Origin: Epiperipatus broadwayi
Taxonomy: Eukaryota > Animalia > Onychophora
Assembly: GCA_028023455.1 (NCBI GenBank)
Contig: JAQFVV010000008.1
Coordinates: 13,516,001-13,580,000, forward strand
Reading direction: 5' to 3'
DNA length: 64,000 bases
Position 1 is the first letter of the stretch, and each line of letters begins with the position of its first letter. Both the position numbers and the translations under genes were made by a program. Under the pieces are notes generated by a model that was not told the origin of the DNA, searched no databases, and saw only the letters and a program-made list of their open reading frames with translations. This document shows positions 51,319-64,000 of this stretch, in pieces.

Positions 51319-53744
51319 TATATTTATTAGTAAATATTTTTGAAACATTTATAAATAAAATATCAAAACAAAAATAAAAAGAATATATTAAAAACTCACT
51401 TGGTCCTGCATTTTCTTTTCCATGTTTTGATATTCTTGGTATTCCTATTTCTGCATTATGTAAATATAAACATAAAATAATGTAAATTGTTTTAGTAAAA
51501 TTCTAATAGATTATTATATCAATAATTACATTTAAATTTGTAGAAACTTACTTTTCTAATATGTATATGTAAGATAAAAGAGTAAACAGCCTTTACGTAG
51601 CTCACTACAGACCCCCCCCCCTCATTAGAGGAACAGTGAAGAAGTTACTATTCACTAAGCTAGTAATTTTTCAGCAATTGTTTTACCTTCTATTTAAGAA
51701 TATATTGACACTCATTACCAAATAATATTGTATGATCAACTATCCAGAAACTAGAAAAAAATCCTGAGCCTGATTAGAATCTAAATTTTTTTTTTATAGT
51801 TTTAACTGACCAGGTATGAATCCAGGTCACAATCACACAAAAACCGGAAGTGATATCCTACTCCATGTGGCCATGAATGCATGCACATTAAGTACTCAGC
51901 ACACAACTTATCAAGCCAATATTTGAGTAGTGACAAGCCAATATTTGAATATTGATAGTAATCATTGACCTATGTTTGTTACCACTCTCTAAATATAATT
52001 TATTCTAGAAAATCAATTTCAGAGTTGTTTTATAATTTCAATAAGCCCTAATATCATTGACATGCATATAGAACAACTTTCACGCTTGCTTCTTCAGTTG
52101 CAAGTAAATCACAAAATCCCATATCAGAACATTCATACACTTAAAATTACTGACATTTCATAAATATGCATTCTTTTTTTTAATATTTTGATTTCAAACA
52201 GATAAATATGCAGCATTGCAATTAGATTTGTTTTATACATATTGTAATGAGTACATGAATATTCACTCATAAGACATGGATATTTACTCACAGATATGAC
52301 TTCTGTTTGGATTCTGACATAATGAGTTAAATTTGACATCATCAGGTTATTAATGATCTGAATTTATGGTCTGACAATGGGATAAATATAGATTATTTCA
52401 CATTACATTTATTATTTATTCACTTATTAATCACATTTTTTTCAGTCTGCTATTACCAAATCATCTTCACAGTTGTGTAATCCTGGTCAAATTAGAAACT
52501 GAGCAAGGATATTTCACTGGGAAAACATTCTGATTAACTATAACATCTGATGAAAGAATTTTTGCTTTATTAAATCTTGAGCTTTCTTAGACAAAAACAC
52601 ATGTAATTTAATCAATAAAATAAATTAATGACCGAAACACTAATTTTCTTGGATTAAAGGTTCCTCCAATAAAACATTATTTCTCGATAGATTTTAGGAG
52701 AAAAATTAAATCCAATTCTTAAAAATACATGTATAATTGATTGGAAAAAAAAAATTCATAATTTTACACAAATAAATAATGTTATCATAGATTATCTAAC
52801 TTTAATTTCTCAAAATACTGGATATTCATTTAATACATAATTGATAATATTTTATATAAATTATTCTTCACCAGTTCATTGATGATAACATTTACTTTTT
52901 TTAATTCATGGCTCTTGTAAAATTAAAATATAAATTAAATTGTTAATAAGATTTTGAACTTACTTGTCAAATATATATGAATGGATGATTATGATGCATT
53001 ATTGTTAGATATTATTAAACAAATAATGTAAATTATTCATTCATACTTTCAATTACATCTAGAGGATAAATATTGAAATAATTGCATAAAATGGAAAACA
53101 ACTATTATGAGATTTTTTAAGTAATAAAGATACAATGTCAAACAATATTAAGATTTTAAAAAGTAAAATTATTCATGAATCAAATTCATATAATTTTTGA
53201 GTATTTCAAATATTAAACAAAATCCTATATGATTTAATTAATTCAACTTTCTTATTGTTAGCAATAAATAATTTAAAATATAATTCCATCCTGGTAAATT
53301 ATAAAAACCTGAATCTTTACATTAGTTATTATGACATTCACCAAGTTGCATTCCTTATTTTAAGATTGTATTGTTATCTGAAGAAAAAAAAACATATTTA
53401 AAGTTTGGACAAATGTAAAATATATCATGCCTTAAGAACATTATCAATATTAATTTTACATATAATTAAAGATTATCTAAGCAGATTTAGTATCATCTGT
53501 TATTCTTAAGACAAATGTTCAAAAACATACATTATTACTATCATAGTACATCTATATTGTTATCCCAATATATAAAAAAAACTATAATAAATATATTGTA
53601 TTAGATCATACTAAATCACTTATTACTTCATTAAGTTATCCTTTATTCCATTATCAAATATGCAAACAGTTTACTTTAAATACACAAACTGTTCTCTTTA
53701 AATATAAATGCTTAAATTAATCATTGCATTGATAAAATAAATAA

Positions 53745-55080
53745 TCATCACCAATAATGTTCTGTCCTATGGACAGATTCAGAGAGCAATCAAACATCTA
53801 ATTCATCCATTATTTCAATCTGATTTGACCACTTCCCAGATCTTCAACTCTACCATCTCTTTCATCATCCAAAAAGGTCAATATTTTCCATTCTTTCTCT
53901 TGTTTCCATTCACTATTCCATCTAAAACATCCTTCATTAATTATTCTTTCTTTTTAAAATATGTACAATCCACTTCCTCTTTCAATCTCTGATTTCCTTA
54001 ATCAATCTTTTTTTATTTACTATTTTCAAAACTTCTTTATTTGTCATTTTATTCATTCAACTAATGTTACCATTCTTCTCTATGAACATATTTCAAAAAC
54101 TTCCAATTTGTTTCTAATAATTTTACTCATTGACCATGTTTCACAACCTTTCAATAATACATTTCCATAAATTGCACTTAATTAAACTTTTTCTTAATTT
54201 GCACTTTTAACGTTTTGTTTACAAAATATTCACTTAACAAATACCTATTTTGCCAATGCAACTTCTTTATTTTTATTTTTTTTATTTTGCAATGTAACTT
54301 CTTTATTTCTTTCATTCTCACTAAACTAACTACCCAAATATGTAAATCCATTCATCTATTGAACTATACTATCATGAATATCAACTTGTATTCTTTTTTT
54401 TTTATTCCTTCTTATCCATAAACACTTGGTCTTCAAAATATTAATCTTCATTCCATATTCCAAACATTCTCCCTCCAGTTTATTCAATATATTCTGGAGA
54501 TTCTTTTCAATCTCAGTTATAAGAGGCATATATTCTGCAAATCTTCCATATTTTATTATTTTACCACCAATGTTACTCCTCCACAGTCTAAATATTTATT
54601 AAATATGTTTTCTAAATAAACATTAAAAAGCACTGGTGACATGCAACATCTTTGTCTAATTTCTCTTTCTATATTTCCTTTTTCAGTGTCATTATTACCC
54701 AATCTGATTCTTATTCTTTGTCTGGTATACATAGTCCAAATCAATCTTCTCTCTTTTCAAAATTCTTCTTTATTTTTTAAGATAGTCATAAGTTTATTCC
54801 AGATTACCTTACCAACTGCATTTTTCAAATCCACAAAATATGTACCAATTCCTTTATCTTTTTCAATATATCTCTCTGCAATTGTTCTAACAACATTAAT
54901 AGCTTCTCTTGTATTTTTTCTTTTCTTAAAACCAAACTGTTTTTCTCCAATATAATATTCCACCTTCCAATTCTTTAAGTAAAAATTCTCAACAATATTT
55001 TTAAAAAGCATGAGATAACAAACATATTATTCTATATTCTTCAACTCTAACAGCTGTCTTCTTTTTAGCAATTGGATTCA
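53745..55080 (-). mobile_element. 5'-truncated RTE-type LINE fragment
   Basis: IGEKQFGFKKRKNTREAI...FVDLKNA, and IRQRCCMSPVLFNVYLE. RTE-like 3' end (ctgtccataggacagaac...tgatgat) at about 53745-53775. Confidence 0.75.
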
Positions 55081-56689
55081 TCATAGCATTAAGAAATCTT
55101 TAGTCCAAATTCCAGTATTAAATAATATTAAAATAAAATTTAATATACTATCTCAGCTGTTCCAAATATTTAAACTTGTAGGATTAATACTCCTATCATA
55201 ATAAGACTAAACCATTAATTTAATTAAAATAACATTAGCTTTATCCTGATATATCTATGATTTAAGAAAATTATATCACAAATATATATCATATTTTGAT
55301 TGATTCACTTTAATAACAGCATTTATAATTATAAATTTTTCTTATTCTCAATTTGGGATATATACACAATTAAATAACAATTAAAAAAAAAAACATTAAG
55401 TAGATAAAAAAAAAATATATTAAACAATAATTGTCATATTGAAAAAAAAAATTAAGACTTCACATATTATTCTTATTAAGATATATGTATATAATAGATT
55501 ATATACTTGCATAAATACATAACTTGGTATTAATTATATGATTTTTCAATAAAGTTTTGTAATCATAGTTTTTTGGTAAGCTAATCATTTTATTACAATT
55601 TGTATTGTTGTGCTCTTCTATTGAGATCAACAGTATATGAATAAATAAATTTTCCCAATAATTCAAAAAGTAATTTAAATCATATTCAATGTATAAGATT
55701 TTGCTATGAAATTATAGTAATGATGATAAATTTTGAAATGGGTTGAACTTTCATGTCCATTTAGTTTTAAGCCTGCTTTGAAGTTGGGCATTTAATTTTT
55801 GTATTAGCTTTAAAACTTTCCATGTTGCAATGATTAGTATAAATATTTGCAGTAAATATATCATATGAAGAGAAAAGATTTCAAATGATTTAGCAAGCCA
55901 TGATAATTTAATACTTTTAATTAATATAATAATAAATCAAGCTTGATAAATAGTAAGAATATCTTAAATCATTAAAAATTAATTTTAAATAGACAATTTG
56001 ACAAATACTACTAATAAAAATTCTCATATTTTGAACAAAATATTATGCACATTTGAATGATTAGATCTGTCTTTAAATTTAGATCTAGAATATTTTTTAA
56101 ATATTAAAATGCTGTATTTGAAATTGGTTTCCTCTTTGGGAATCAAGAAAAAAATTTTATAACTTAATAGAATTAAAATGTTTGATTAAAAAATTTTGTA
56201 TGTCTCTTATCACATAATGGTTTGGAAAACAAATTAATTGCTCTATTTGTGCTTGGATTACAATAAGTTATTTTGTTATTAATTAATTTGTTAATTATTA
56301 AATAAATCATTAAATTTTTTTATTGACTTTTATATTTCTCTTAATAAATTTATAAAATGATTTTTGTTTTGGTAACACATACATACAAAATTAAATGCAC
56401 TTATGTATATATTTTATTCATTGGATAGGAATATGTTTTGTGAAAATATGTGTTTTGTTAGTAGATTTATGTTAAGATAATATTTACTTGTAATACCTTA
56501 TTTTAACTAATTAATTAATTATTAATTTAATTTTAGCCCCAAATTCTTTTAAACTTTGGAATTTTATTTATTATGTATTGTTGGGGCTTAAATAATATTA
56601 GAAAAAGTGATCATATACAATCATTTTAATATCATTTCAGAAAGTCAATTTTCAAGCTTTAATTATCCATAATGTTGTCTTCATTATAA

Positions 56690-57025
56690 AATATAAAATA
56701 AATGTAAACACAAGGAATATTAATTCCAAAAATACAGAGATAAATAGTATTTAATAAATAGCAGTACAACTTAAACGTGTTTTCAATACTGAGCACCCTT
56801 GACAGAGGCAAGAGATATAAAATCTAAAAAAAAATTAAAAAAAAAAGAAGTTATATATATATAACATGTGTAATAGTTTTTATTTTAATTTTTTTAAAAC
56901 TTTATATCTACTGTCTGTGGTAAGAGTGTTCGGTAAGAAAATGCATTTAGGTTGTATTGCTATTTATTAAATACTATTTATCTCTGTGTTTTGGAATTAA
57001 TATTCCTTGGGTTTACGTTTATTTT
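56690..57025. mobile_element. Foldback MITE with long imperfect TIRs of about 120 bp
   Basis: aaacacaaggaatattaattccaaaaatacagagataaatagtatttaataaatagca... is mirrored by ...tgctatttattaaatactatttatctctgtgttttggaattaatattccttgggttt. Confidence 0.75.
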
Positions 57026-58499
57026 TGTGACAAAGCTTTGTTGTTGTTTTTTTACAAAATATAAAATATTGATCAACTTTAAAAAAATTAATAAAAAGCA
57101 ATTTAAATAAATTTATTTACAACATCAAATTGGTTTCCATTCTGTATAGGAATCTTATCAGATGTTGTTTATTATTAATTTTATTTAAAGTTTATATATA
57201 TGTTAAAAAGTAATATAAAACATTGATCTATATATGTAAATAAAATAAAATTCATATAACATTACAATATGATCCAAAAAACCGAAACTTTACTAAATGT
57301 TTTTAGAAAAAAAAAGATGACGCCATTAAATCTTCTGCTTAATGATATTATTTTCATACTATTCTTGAAATGAAAGTTTGATTGACAAAAATAAAAGTAA
57401 TAAGTATTAAAGATTTTTAAAGTTTATTATTTCCATTAATATTTTTGTCATTAATGGTTTTAAATGATGATTATTTTACATCAGCTTTTTGTTTTCTGGT
57501 GTGTTTTAATGTGGAAAAAAACTTAATACATAAGTAATTAAGGAATTGTGTTATTCTTACAAATGTTTTACATTATTTAATTGTGTTATTCTTAAAAATA
57601 TTTTAAGTTATTCAAATTCTCATAATTTTAGTCCTACAAGAAAATAAATTAGACTAACCACATAACTTATTTAAATTAATAGTTAATATTAAGTAAACAT
57701 TGTTTTTTTTATCACTTCTAAACAATATTCCTTTTGCATAACTTAGCAATAAATATTTTGCTAGACAGAGCAAAATAATGTTTTTTATTCTGAATTAATT
57801 TGAATTCTTCACAAATAAATGTTATTAGATATGGGCTGCAGCAAGAAACCAAATATCTCTTTAAATATTTTATTAAATTATTCAGAAGAAAATGATACGT
57901 TAACATTAGCAGATTTTGTAAATAAGTATCAATTAATAATTAAGTACTTTACATTATAAATTTAAAAACAAATAAAAAACTTTCTATGAGAAAAATGTAA
58001 CCTTAAAAATCATTAAAGTTGAAAGAAAACACATCCATGTAAAAAATATAAATTTAAAAATCTTCAAAGTTGTTTTAGTTCTATTGTTTTTAGTAATTCA
58101 CTTTTAATATCTTAAAATAATCATAAACTAAAATTGCTTATTTATTTATGATAATACTGAGGGAAAAAAAAGTCTATAATCTTTGGAGATAAAATTCCAC
58201 AAATTAAAATAAATATCCATGATATTTACATATATTGAAACTAAAGACATAGTAACCTTAAATAATGTTATAAAAGGCACCTAATATTAAAATGATAAAT
58301 GAATTTTGGTAACATTTTATATTAAATTTAGCAGTTCTTTATAAGCTTAAACATTTATAAAAAAGGAAAAGAGAAATATTAAAAGTATTATTAGAAGCAA
58401 TAATAATCATATGGTCAGTTATTTGGGAAGTTATGTGATATTTGAATATCAGGTCACAGGCTGAATACAATAATTCTAATTTAAATGAACTGGGGAAGT

Positions 58500-58930
58500 G
58501 TATAAGCTCCTTTTCCCAAATCAAAAGCCGATATCTAACGATTAAGACTGTCAGTGAAGCAAACGCTCAGGAAGTCAAGATACTGGTGGATAGGACCAAA
58601 GCTGGTTGATTTTATAATTAAGTTTAACTTGTCCTCTTTGCCCACCAGTCAATTTTTGGTGATGCAAAGAGGATTTCATCAAATAAGCCCCATATGTAAA
58701 CTTTGTAATACACATGAAGAAATGCTGGAGTACATCTTCTATGCTTGCTCATACTTGAAATACACTAGAAACAAAATTATCACAAGCATTTCCTCTGGCT
58801 GTGGGAATGTCCTGTCAATTGATCGAGCAATGAAAGAAGGAAAGTATGCAACTATCAGGCTAGTGGCATGCCTACTACATGCAATGAAAGATCACCAGGT
58901 GCCAACATATCTTCAGACAAGGGCCTAGTG
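58500..58930 (+). pseudogene. 3' fragment of an L1/Tx1-type ORF2 (zf-RVT region)
   Basis: CKLCNTHEEMLEYIFYACSY matches the C-x2-C...E-x3-H-x3-C motif in degenerate form. Confidence 0.55.
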
Positions 58931-59709
58931 ATCCTTGGAAAACTTTAAAAAAAATACTAATAAACATGAAGAACAGAGATCGCCTCCTTGTGCCAGAGCA
59001 TCTCTTTGTGGTCCCATGAGCGTAGATTACTATATCCAACGATGAGACACCATCTCAGACTACTGCACCACATAATATGATGACAACGCCATACAGATTG
59101 GTTGCAAAGCTTTGAACTTCTACATAAAACTATTGTAATCAGCAAAATGTAGCTACCTGACACTGTAAATTTTTTCTTAATAATAAAATAAAAATGATGT
59201 ATATAATTTTTAATTAATTCAGATGGGAAATAATCCCAAAACCTTAAATTCTTGAATCCATTAATCTATTATTATAACAAACAAAATGGCAAATGTGATT
59301 ATGTTTTACTAGTAATCACAGTTATAAATGTTTAATAATTTTAAAACAAAATAAACAAGTAAAGTATAATGATTTCTAAAGCCGGGAAATTTTTTTTTCC
59401 ACAATACAGAACATGTAATTAGAACCATGAAATTTATTGGTGCTTTAGACCAGACAAACATTTGGTGTTCCCCTTTCGTTCTGGTAAACAACAGCTTATT
59501 AGTTATCAAACAGAATATATGGATGAAAGATGTATGTCCCCTGCAAAAATAAATTCAAAATGCTTGAAATACATTTGTCTTACTTCCTATTCAATCATTA
59601 TAGTTTTTATATAATAGAAACTGCAATAAATTGAAATAAAATTTTATTATTTCACATTTCATACAAGTATAAATGTGGTTTTAATTTCTTCTTATTTGTA
59701 AAAATGAAA

Positions 59710-60372
59710 ATACTTAATTGTAAATTATTAGAGAAAAAATATAGTTAGTAATAAATTTGGCTGAACGTTTTTGAGGAACCGTGCCTCATACTCATAGCCT
59801 TCGTGAAAATGTACTTGATATGTAAATGAGAATATTCAAATGAGTTACTTTAAGTAGCCCATTTTTCTGAATCGACACTGCCTGTTGATTGCATGGATGT
59901 CCATGCAATCAACAGAAGAGACACGTGCTTCGACATTTCGAAAAAATGGGCTACTTAACAGTAACTCATTTGAATATTCTCATTTACATATATCAAGTAC
60001 ATTTTCACGAAGGCTATGAGTATGAGGCATGGACATCCATGCAATCAACAGAAGAGACACGTGCTTCGACATTTCGAAAAAATGGGCTACTTAACAGTAA
60101 CTCATTTGAATATTCTCATTTACATATATCAAGTACATTTTCACGAAGGCTATGAGTATGAGGCACGCATCCATGCAATCAACAGAAGAGACACGTGCTT
60201 CGACATTTCGAAAAAATGGGCTACTTAACAGTAACTCATTTGAATATTCTCATTTACATATATCAAGTACATTTTCACGAAGGCTATGAGTATGAGGCAC
60301 GGTTCCTCGAAAACGTTCAGCCAAATTTATTACTAACTATATTTTTTCTCTAATAATTTACAATACAAGTAT
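59710..60372. mobile_element. Foldback element: long TIRs plus an internal unit of about 135 bp (one inverted, three direct)
   Basis: The left arm 59710 to about 59880 is the reverse complement of the right end. Direct units ccatgcaatcaacag... start at 59901, 60037 and 60171. Confidence 0.85.
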
Positions 60373-60605
60373 AAAGTAAATTTTTAATTTTATAAATATA
60401 AAATACTTAAAAAAATTTTTTAATTAATATATATATACACATATAACAAGATGAATATCTTGAAGTGACTGTTGCTATAAATCTGTCCTCTAGCTACAGT
60501 TTTCAATAATTTATATAATAAAAAAAATGGCCATCTCATAGACATTGCTGTATAGAGAATTACCATGAACAACTTCAGCTAAAGAAGTGATTATTAAATT
60601 GAGAT

Positions 60606-63600
60606 ATATATGTACTGTTTGTGTACTTCAAAACAGGAAGTGTTAATGTGTTAAAGAAGACAAGTAAACATAGAAATAGAAAATAGATTGAACAGGCAAT
60701 TAATGAAGTAACCAATAATAAAAAAATAAAAGTTTTCTGAGGACCGTGTGTGTTATATAAATACCTGGTAGCTATTTATTCTGTATCTTCTATATTGGTA
60801 TAAATAGGCATCCAAAAGCCGAGTGGACTTCAACCCAGTAAATCCCCACTGAAGGTGATGAAAGGGGATTTAGGTATGAAAGAGGTCACCCCAGTCTATA
60901 TTACAATTTCTGTATGTCTTATGACTATATCTGTAATATAATGTATTATAATTACATGTAACTAATTGCCATATGTATATGAATATATAAAAATATTATC
61001 AATTCTAGTTATATAAATCAATGCTTATTGTTATTATTAAATAATAGATAACCAAATGTACTCATGTCCTCATTTTTTATTGTGCTAATTAACTCAAGAC
61101 ATAGCACACTTGGCGCAGTTGGACAGGCAATTAAAAAAAAAAGCCAGCTTCATGCAGTTGGACAGGAAATTGAAAAAAAAAAGGCCGGCTTGGCACAGTC
61201 AGACTGTAAAAAAAAAGCCAGCTTGCCTCAGTCAGACAGTGAACTGGAAAAAAACAGCTAGCATAGTAGCATAGTCAATTGGAAAAAAAAAAAAGAGCTT
61301 GAATAAGGGGGTTGAGATACGGAACATAAAGCCAGTAAAAAACACTTAAGAATTGATATAAATAATATGGCAACTGCTCAGTTAAGCATATGAGATTTTG
61401 ATGGTAGCTACCTCTCCAAATGACCTCTGTAAACAACTCGTATATTTAAATATTTTGTACTCTATAAGGAAAAAAATAATGTCACTAAAATCGCCATCCT
61501 TTTGCTTTTCGGGAGTCCAAGATTGATTGAGCCGGTTATGAGAACTTGATGATCCTGAAAGTTTAACTTATGCCAAAGTTATTAAGTGGCTAAATAATCA
61601 TTTTAGTCCCAAACCATCAAAACATATAGCCAGGTTGTACTTATTTAACAGACACCAAGTGAAGTGGAAAGGTAACAGAACCTATGATATGGCATTAAGA
61701 GACTTAGCAAGAAACAGTGCATATAGTGATTAATTAGATGAGTCCTTATTGGACCAATTCCAATGAGGAATAAGACTCCATCAGCAGCTGTTGACCATCC
61801 CTGAGTTAACTTATACAGAAGCAATTAAAAATGAAATTATTCATGAGTTACTAATCAGTAGTGTGAAAGGATTTCAAAAGTCAGAATGCAGGCAGCCTAA
61901 ATCAAACGTCAATCCTAAAAATGAGCCGGGCGAAAAAAAAGGAAACTCAAATTGAGAGTGGTTTCACTGCAGAAAGACTGGTCATCTTGCATGTGAGTGT
62001 AGCAGCAAAAACGCAAAATGTAACAATTGTGGAAAGATGGGTCATCTAGTAAGGATTTGCCACACCAAAACTAATTCCAGACATCTCACAGAAATTCATA
62101 AAGCTGAGACAAATAACAGTAAACCAATAATGCTGAACAAAATACAAGTAGAAAAAGTAAAGAATAAGTTGCCAAAACTATATCCAGAGAAACAAGGGAA
62201 ATTAAACATAAAACTTGTTGAGGACAACTACTGCGAGGAGACTTCATGTAAAAAAAATTTTTTTAGATCATTGGTGAGTCAATAAACAGTAAAACTGTAG
62301 CCAACTGGCTTCGGGAAATCATAGCATACAAAATGCTGATTGGGTGAATTAGAAATGATTGGCCAAATAAACACCCACCCTATCTAAACCAATCACTATG
62401 AATGGCTCTCCAAAAACTATTAATGTCTAATAGATATATTATAAATAACAAAAGAGTTCTAATTTCAATCATAGGTCATGAAAAAGTATTAAAAATAATT
62501 AATCAAAGACAACAGGGTGATGTGTGGTGAAAGTTCTTGCTTGTAGCTACATATACTTGATGGCATGAGCAATGATGTAGAAAAATATATAAACGTGTGA
62601 CCTTGTCAGTATACTACAAACTCATCCCAGAAAGAGAATTTACCATGGCCTAAAGAAAATAGACAATGAATCCATGTACATATTGACCATTGTGGTCCGA
62701 TAGATGGCAACATTAAATTTGTATTAGTAGATGCTGTCTCAAAATGGGCAGAATATAAGCTTATAAAAAATATGAGTGCAACAGAAACTATATAAACTCT
62801 TAAAGAAATCTTTACATATCATAGTTCTCCAGAGGTAATTGTTTCTGATAATAGAACTGGGTTCACATCAGAAAAATTTAAACTCTTTTTGGAAGAACAG
62901 AGTATGACATGCACCAACACCACCCCATCATCCCAAATTAAATAGAATAGCAGAGAAGGTGATGCAACAATTGAAGCTAGCTCTAAATAAACTAAGTTAT
63001 CCAAGCATCAAAGAAGCTCTGAACATAGTGATGCTGCACCAACACATCACACCATCTACAACAACTGATAAATTTCAGGCAAAAAATATTGATGGGAAAG
63101 CAATTGAGAAACTTTTGCTGAAGAAGAAATAACCAATAAAAATTTCAGCAAATAACTATGCTGTTGGATTGAGAATCAAATAAAGAAAGTAATTTCAAAC
63201 TAAATCGTAGAAGTGCAAATCTCTACAGAATTTATCTACAGACTCCATGTAAATCACATTAGAAAAACCTGTGTTAAAACAAATGTAGACTGTAATGATA
63301 AAAGTTGTGAAAACCTAACCAAAACTGAAAAACCACCAACAAGATTAAGCAGAGACTCATACAGTTACTGATACTAAGTAAGAAAAACCCAATAGGATGG
63401 ACCCACAACCAAGTGCTGCAGAATATTTGACTACCAAAAGACTTTGATGTCAACACCAACTTATCTAAAAGACTATATTTGGTATTCCAGAGAAAATTAA
63501 AATAAACAATCGGTAGAGTTTCTCAGAAGTAGGAGGTGATAGTGCTGTCTGTGTGTGTGTGTGTATGTATATTGGAATAGAAAATGTTAATGTGTTAAAG

Positions 63601-64000
63601 AAGACAATTAAACATAAAAAAATAGAAAACGGATTGAGCAAGCAATTAATGAATTAACCAATAATAGAAGAAAAGAAGTTTTCTCTGAGGACCATGTGTG
63701 TTCTATATATACCTGGTAGCTATTTATTCTGTGTCTTCTATATTGGTGTAAACATGCATCTAAAAGCTGAGTGTACTTCAACCCAGTAGAATCCCTGCTG
63801 AAAGTGAAGAAAAAGGATTTAGATATGAAAGAGGCTGTCCTGGTCTATATTATAATTTCTGAGTGCTTTATGGCTAATTGTAACCAATGATGACTATACT
63901 GAGTGTTTTATCTGTAATATAATGTATTATAATTACGTGTAACTAATTGCCATATGTATATGAATATATAAAAATTCTATCAATTCCAGTTGTATAAATT
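60606..64000 (+). mobile_element. Internally deleted Gypsy/Ty3 LTR retrotransposon (gag + integrase remnants, RT/RNase H missing)
   Basis: 5' LTR about 60606-61367 and 3' LTR 63537 to beyond 64000 are clearly homologous but diverged. PBS-like tggcaact at 61368; PPT agaagtaggagg at 63525-63536. gag shows NHFSPKP and two CCHC knuckles (about 61960-62065); integrase shows HIDHCGPIDG...VDAVSKW (about 62670-62750). Confidence 0.85.

Noticed and set aside
59889-60228. Two similar ORFs
   Set aside because: They arise from the 135-bp tandem units of the foldback element.
60840-60872. Hammerhead-like CTGAAGG...GAAA hairpin in the Gypsy LTR
   Set aside because: The core is not CUGANGA, and there is no stem III or NUH cleavage triplet.

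Overview
Very AT-rich eukaryotic DNA, most likely from an invertebrate animal. It is dominated by transposon relics and shows no prokaryotic genes or CRISPR arrays. The only host gene I can support is the 3' part of an AP-5 complex subunit beta-1 (AP5B1) orthologue on the minus strand. Three exons (22349-22167, 20020-19911, 10118-9928) have canonical GT/AG sites and matching phases. Mobile elements: a SPIN/URR1-like hAT MITE (348-532); a decayed Buster/Charlie-type hAT transposon (5605-8362); a full-length RTE LINE (about 10447-13663); several truncated LINEs; a full-length Tx1/L1-clade LINE (about 26626-32239) nested in the internal tandem repeats of a TIR-bounded hAT derivative (25702-33331); foldback MITEs; and a deleted Gypsy LTR element (about 60606 to the window end). 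The most striking signal is a non-coding family of about 454 bp, with copies at 37.4-38.0, 40.7-41.5 and 47.9-51.3 kb. Each unit carries a minimal type I hammerhead ribozyme (CUGAYGA-stem II-GAAACUAGUC) at the tip of a long rod-like stem. The units form tandem and inverted concatemers, and one 1.9-kb concatemer is bounded by a 13-bp direct repeat. This fits a retrozyme or Penelope-dependent ribozyme retroelement. All homology calls come from reading the sequence and recalled consensus sequences; no searches were run.
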